From the IMG/VR virus record IMGVR_UViG_2061766007_000483: a stretch of 63,748 nt of DNA; one strand, 5' to 3'. The position numbers and the translations under genes were made by a program. The notes below the pieces were generated by a model. The model did not search any database, was not told the origin of the DNA, and saw nothing but the letters and a program-made list of their open reading frames with translations. Shown in pieces: positions 59,258 through 63,748 of this stretch; within the stretch, counting starts at the first letter, position 1, and every line of letters starts with the position of its first letter. The stretch is from an uncultured virus (IMG/VR IMGVR_UViG_2061766007_000483) (lineage: Duplodnaviria; Heunggongvirae; Uroviricota; Caudoviricetes).

Positions 59258-60277
59258 TTATTGTGTATTTATACAAACATCACAACCAATCCTGTTCATC
59301 CTATACAGTTGATGTTCAACCTTTTTCAAAAACATTTTTCTCAACCTGTGATATATCAATGATGTATCTTTGTTTTTCAGTTTCGGGTAAAGATGCGTGA
59401 AATCCGACACGAACCTGTCATCAATCACCTCATCAATAATTCCTCCGAAATCCATTTTCAATATCTCCCTTATCACATAATACCGCCTGTATGTTCCGCT
59501 GTTCCAAACACACACATTCAGTTGGTTTGCAAATGTCTGCAAATAGGCGTTCATCTCCGTGTCGGTCAGATAGTATAGCAACATATAGAAGAATGTGCGG
59601 AGGTGGTCGGGATTACGCACGACATCAACATCAACCTTAAACTTGCCGCAATTCCAATCACCATATTTTTCAAAGGTGACGAACTCCTTTCCGATTCCGA
59701 AATCCGACCTGTATCCCTTATAGGTTTTCTTCATCTCATTGATGAACTTCCGTTTCTTTTTCGGCATTCTTATCTTGTCAAAGACGTGCATAAGTTCGTG
59801 GCACGCCGAACCTTTGAACACCTCCACGAACCTGTCGCTTCGGATATAGTCATACAGGCACATCCCCGCTTTTCTTGAAAGCACCGCCGCATTGACATAG
59901 ATGATATGGGTGTTCTTTCCGTCTTTCCCGATAACCGTATGGGATGCGTTCTCATTTCCAAACATATTCACAAGTCGGGTGCAATCCCTCTGATGTCTGC
60001 GTCCTTTCACCATCCTTCCGACAGAAAGTTTCACACCGACACAATCGCTGCTTTCAGTCAGAAACTGCGGGGTGTGCAATACAAGACCCTGTTTGGCGAA
60101 CCAACCTTTTATGTCACCATCATCCCACAGATAATAGGTGACAAACTTCTTTTTGTCATACAGGAGTTTCTTTCTCGTGGAGTGTGTCATCTGCCATCTC
60201 ACGAACAGAACAAGGTCGGAGGCGAACATATCCAACGAGTTTTCACCACCAAGAAGATGATGTGTCTTTTGAAGCAT
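59258..60277 (-). CDS. Zincin-motif (HExxH) protein
   Basis: CHELMH...TEMNAY. Confidence 0.55.
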   Translation of the reverse strand: MLQKTHHLLGGENSLDMFASDLVLFVRWQMTHSTRKKLLYDKKKFVTYYLWDDGDIKGWFAKQGLVLHTPQFLTESSDCVGVKLSVGRMVKGRRHQRDCTRLVNMFGNENASHTVIGKDGKNTHIIYVNAAVLSRKAGMCLYDYIRSDRFVEVFKGSACHELMHVFDKIRMPKKKRKFINEMKKTYKGYRSDFGIGKEFVTFEKYGDWNCGKFKVDVDVVRNPDHLRTFFYMLLYYLTDTEMNAYLQTFANQLNVCVWNSGTYRRYYVIREILKMDFGGIIDEVIDDRFVSDFTHLYPKLKNKDTSLIYHRLRKMFLKKVEHQLYRMNRIGCDVCINTQ

Positions 60278-60288
60278 TTCACAATCTG

Positions 60289-62376
60289 CTAATTGTCGTA
60301 AACATTATTAGGTTTGAGTTTTGTAGGATTGTCCTTTTTATCCGAGTAAGCGTTTTCAGGTTTCGCCTTCGGTGCGCTTGTCCTGATTAGCGGGAACACA
60401 ATCTCCTTCTGCATCGCCTTCGGTTCTCTTGGCGTGTCAAATATCTTTTCTATCGGTATCGGATTGGTTATGCTTTCAACAATCCTGTCATATACATTGA
60501 TATGGAAGTTCGGTTTGGATTTCTTTTTCGGTGACGAATACACGTTTCCGAAAAGTATTCCAGCAGTCTCGGTTTCTGAAAGGTCGTACACGTTCTCAAT
60601 ATCCATTTGGTTCGGTTCAACCTCAAAAAAGTCAAGACTCTCGTGTCCGATATTCTCGTGATAGTCGTTTGATGACAGGTCGGCGTCCTCCCCATAATAG
60701 GGTGTCGGTTCCTGCACTTCCCCATAGATGTTACCGCCCGTCATTTGTGTCTGCTGCGGTTCATCCGTATAGACTGACATAACCGTCAGATGAGTTGATG
60801 ACGGGACGTTTGTATAGATGTTGCCCGACGGTTGTGTCGGTGCGGTCGGTTGCTGCGAGTAGATGTTGCCCGACGGTTGTGTCGGTGCGGGTTGTCCTGA
60901 CGGATAGACATTCACCGCGACAAGTTCCTCCGCCTGCGGTTCCTCCTGATAACTTGTGCCGAGGTCGGTCACAGGGATATGTTCCTCATCATTGGAACCC
61001 CGACCATAGACATTGCTGCCTGTGTGGTCATATTGGGGTTCACCCATCGGGTTCTTCGGGTTTATGGCATTGGCGACCGCATTATAGGCGTGATGTCTGC
61101 CTGTCTCAAATGCGGAGTTCAGGATGCTTGACGTGCTTGCATTGGTGATGGTTGAAATCATATTGGACAATATGCCCGCCCAACTTTCATCATAGACATT
61201 CCCCATAGGCGTTCCACTTGTCGCGTAGTTGAATATCCTTGAACCGATTTTCTTCACAAGACTGCCGAGTTCAATCCCCGAATCATATCCGTCATCACCG
61301 AATGACGTCTTGATATTGTGTCCGACCAACGCATCCTTATTGAGTGTAACGATGTCAATGCCGCTTGCATAATGGTTGTCAGGTGCGGTCTCCAATTTGT
61401 TGTCCTCAAATGCGTCGGCGAGCGAGTTGATTTTCACGTCAAGGTCGCCATAGGTGAACGAGAACGTGAACTTCGTCTCATTAGTGTCCTTGTTGGTGAT
61501 GCTGTCAAATGATGAACCGACTTCCTCAACATTGAGCGTGCAGTTCTTGAACAGGAACAGGACGGTTGAGAGATGGTTCACAACCGCACTCGTTATCTCT
61601 GGGGTGTTCTTCCTTATCACTCCGAGTCCGCCCAAATCCTGTGCCACGTTTCGGAGGTCGTGCAGAAGAACCCAACAGTCAAAACGCAGAAGGTTGTTCG
61701 GGATGTTCATCCTCCTGTACTTGTGGTTATAGACGGATTGGAAGTAGGAGTCAAACAACGCCGACATACGCAAGTCCATAGATTCAAGACAGGTCACCTT
61801 TATCTTCGTCTCCTTGCCGCCACCGAGAATTGAGTCCTTGTGGATGTTCATATAGAGTTTGTATGCGTCAGGAAGTCCGTCAATCGCCTGAAACACATAG
61901 GGGTGGTCATTGGCGATGGATAGAAACCCGTTCACGAAACGTGTCATCTCAACATATTCTTTGCTGAATGTGCGTGAGGTGTCCTGCTCATTCTTGCTTG
62001 TCGCATTGTGAAGATAGGTAAGTGCGGAATACGACCTGTCCTTGTTCAATGCGAGCAGTGTGTTCATTCCCTTTTCCGTGCCACCAATGTCCTTGCCGAA
62101 CAGACCTCCCTCGTCAGTTGTGGCAATGCCGAATGAGAACGCGAGAAAACTTGGGTCTTCCATCCCGTTCACAATCTTGTTAGCCCCGCTCATCAGGTTC
62201 TTGTTGCGCCCGCCTTTCAGAAACTTTCCGACTTGGGTGTCATAACTCTCACGACCGCCCGTGTTGTTTTTTGGGGAAAGCAGACCTGACTGAACCGCGT
62301 TCATAAGTTCAACCGCACCCGATTGTGTGAATGCGTCGGTTGAAAGATAATCGTTCACATTGATAGTCGCTGACAT
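60289..62376 (-). CDS. Late structural protein with repetitive [GE]N[VI]Y C-terminal region
   Basis: 695 aa; late promoter at 62424; 45-nt-period repeat at 60815-60890. Confidence 0.6.
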   Translation of the reverse strand: MSATINVNDYLSTDAFTQSGAVELMNAVQSGLLSPKNNTGGRESYDTQVGKFLKGGRNKNLMSGANKIVNGMEDPSFLAFSFGIATTDEGGLFGKDIGGTEKGMNTLLALNKDRSYSALTYLHNATSKNEQDTSRTFSKEYVEMTRFVNGFLSIANDHPYVFQAIDGLPDAYKLYMNIHKDSILGGGKETKIKVTCLESMDLRMSALFDSYFQSVYNHKYRRMNIPNNLLRFDCWVLLHDLRNVAQDLGGLGVIRKNTPEITSAVVNHLSTVLFLFKNCTLNVEEVGSSFDSITNKDTNETKFTFSFTYGDLDVKINSLADAFEDNKLETAPDNHYASGIDIVTLNKDALVGHNIKTSFGDDGYDSGIELGSLVKKIGSRIFNYATSGTPMGNVYDESWAGILSNMISTITNASTSSILNSAFETGRHHAYNAVANAINPKNPMGEPQYDHTGSNVYGRGSNDEEHIPVTDLGTSYQEEPQAEELVAVNVYPSGQPAPTQPSGNIYSQQPTAPTQPSGNIYTNVPSSTHLTVMSVYTDEPQQTQMTGGNIYGEVQEPTPYYGEDADLSSNDYHENIGHESLDFFEVEPNQMDIENVYDLSETETAGILFGNVYSSPKKKSKPNFHINVYDRIVESITNPIPIEKIFDTPREPKAMQKEIVFPLIRTSAPKAKPENAYSDKKDNPTKLKPNNVYDN

Positions 62377-62551
62377 CGGAAATTTGTTTATCTCCTACGG
62401 AATTATCCCTTTTAATCTTGTATTATTTATAAGACTTCAAGTTCAATGGTCGCTTCACAGTTGTCCGAACAATCACCAACCGATTTGGTTCTTTCATTCG
62501 GTTTGCATACAACTCCACGACTGTTTTCGGTGTTCCTCACCNNNNNNNNNN

Positions 62552-63598
62552 GACGTCCCTGTCGTGATAAACACCGCAGTTCGGACACGTCCATTCTCGG
62601 ACATTCAAGTTTCTAACTTGCTTATTAACATAACCACATTTACTGCACATCTGACTTGAAGGATAGTATCTGTCAATCTTAATCAAGGTCTTGTCATTCC
62701 ACAAGCACTTGTATTCAAGAGTTTGTATGAATTGACTCCAATTACACTCACAAATCGCTTCTGCCAACTTATGATTTTTCATCATCCCTTTGATGTTCAA
62801 ATCCTCAACCTTTATCACATCATAGTTCTTCACGAGTTCATTAGTTATCTTGTGTATGTAGTCAGTTTTGACATCTGTTATCTTCTGATAGATTCGGTTG
62901 CATTTCAACACTTGGTTTTCGTATCTCTTACTTCCGTGTATCTTTCTTGACAGATGCCGTTGGTTATGTTTCAATTTACGTTTCAATGTCCTGATTATGC
63001 TTTTGTGGTTCTTGTATTTCATTCCGTCACTTGTGATGACGAAATCTTTTATGCCGAGGTCAAGACCCACTGAACGGTTGGTCTTTTTGCAAGGTATGTA
63101 ATCCTGTTTAACAGTAATTGCTATGTAGTATCTGCCCGCCTTGTTCTTTGATATTGTGGCAAAGCAGATTTTGCCTATAATCCCACGCTCCATTACAATA
63201 TCAATCCCACTTTTTAGTTTAGGGATGTAAAGTTTACTTCCTTTTATTTTGAAGCATTGTTCTTGTGGTAACTTAAACGATTGCTTGTTCCTTCTGTTCT
63301 TGAACTTTGGATATGAACTTTTGTGTTTGTAGAAATTCTCGTATGCAATGTGCATATTTCTCAAACTACACTGTAATACCTGCAAAGGAACATCTTTTAG
63401 AAACTCATATCCATCAGTCTTGCGGAGTAGTGTCAGTTTACCTGATTGAACATTGTAAGAATCACTCGTTTTTGTTTCTTCATATTGTTGTTTCTTCTCA
63501 TCAAGGAAATGGTTATACACAAGTCTGCAACACCCGAACACATTGGCAAGATAAATCTCTTGTTCCTTGTTTGGATATAACCTAAACTTATATGTGTA
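62552..63598 (-). mobile_element. tnpB: IS200/IS605-family TnpB RNA-guided nuclease (both ends in gaps)
   Basis: YKFRLYP HTH, GLDLGIK RuvC-I, VEDLN RuvC-II, CSKCG/CPNCG Zn finger, HDRD. Confidence 0.92.
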
Positions 63599-63748
63599 NN
63601 NNNNNNNNNNNNNNNNNNNNNNNNNNNNNNNNNNNNNNNNNNNNNNNNNNNNNNNNNNNNNNNNNNNNNNNNNAGCAAAAGTGCAAACCATAGAAAAATT
63701 TTGTTATGCGAATAGTTTGCCTCGTGCGAAAGTCTGCTATTAGCAAAA

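Noticed and set aside
2538..59368. 19-bp palindromes as a CRISPR array
   Set aside because: Copies are kilobases apart, with no repeat-spacer periodicity and no cas genes
1..63748. Stop-codon reassignment (TAG to Gln) as in Lak or some crAss-like phages
   Set aside because: Core genes are intact in code 11 and TAG ends genes at 9794, 29114 and 43750
1..63748. tRNA or rRNA genes
   Set aside because: No cloverleaf or rRNA-like segment recognised by eye; intergenic spaces are short (tRNAscan not run)

Overview
Gapped scaffold from a large T4-like (probably jumbo) myophage read in standard code 11. The host is most likely a Bacteroidota bacterium (inference from a Bacteroides-type PncB, a DUF4376-like gene and A-rich starts lacking Shine-Dalgarno sequences). 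Core genes: gp17-like terminase, gp61-like primase, gp52-like topoisomerase II subunit, UvsY-like protein, sigma70-family factor, ThyX, dUTPase and several structural genes. Accessory genes: four N4/N6 DNA methyltransferases, a Type IIG-like restriction-modification enzyme, a TET-associated-type glycosyltransferase, PncA plus PncB, a CofE-like ligase, a flotillin, Hsp20, a Hef-like endonuclease and TnpB. Main findings: (1) the gp41/DnaB helicase gene begins with a 124-aa C-terminal intein fragment lacking block A, then resumes inside Walker A. It has its own promoter and no visible partner, which points to an atypically split, trans-splicing intein. (2) About 16 otherwise dissimilar small proteins share an N-terminal M[RK][ILVM][ST][DE] tag. 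(3) A second family carries a 'RIDEM'/capsid-targeting-like N-terminus behind TATAAATA late promoters. (4) A 19-bp palindrome, GATACATCAWTGATATATC, occurs nine times. (5) Five DNA-modifying enzymes end in K[KR]LF. All calls come from reading motifs by eye; no database searches were run.
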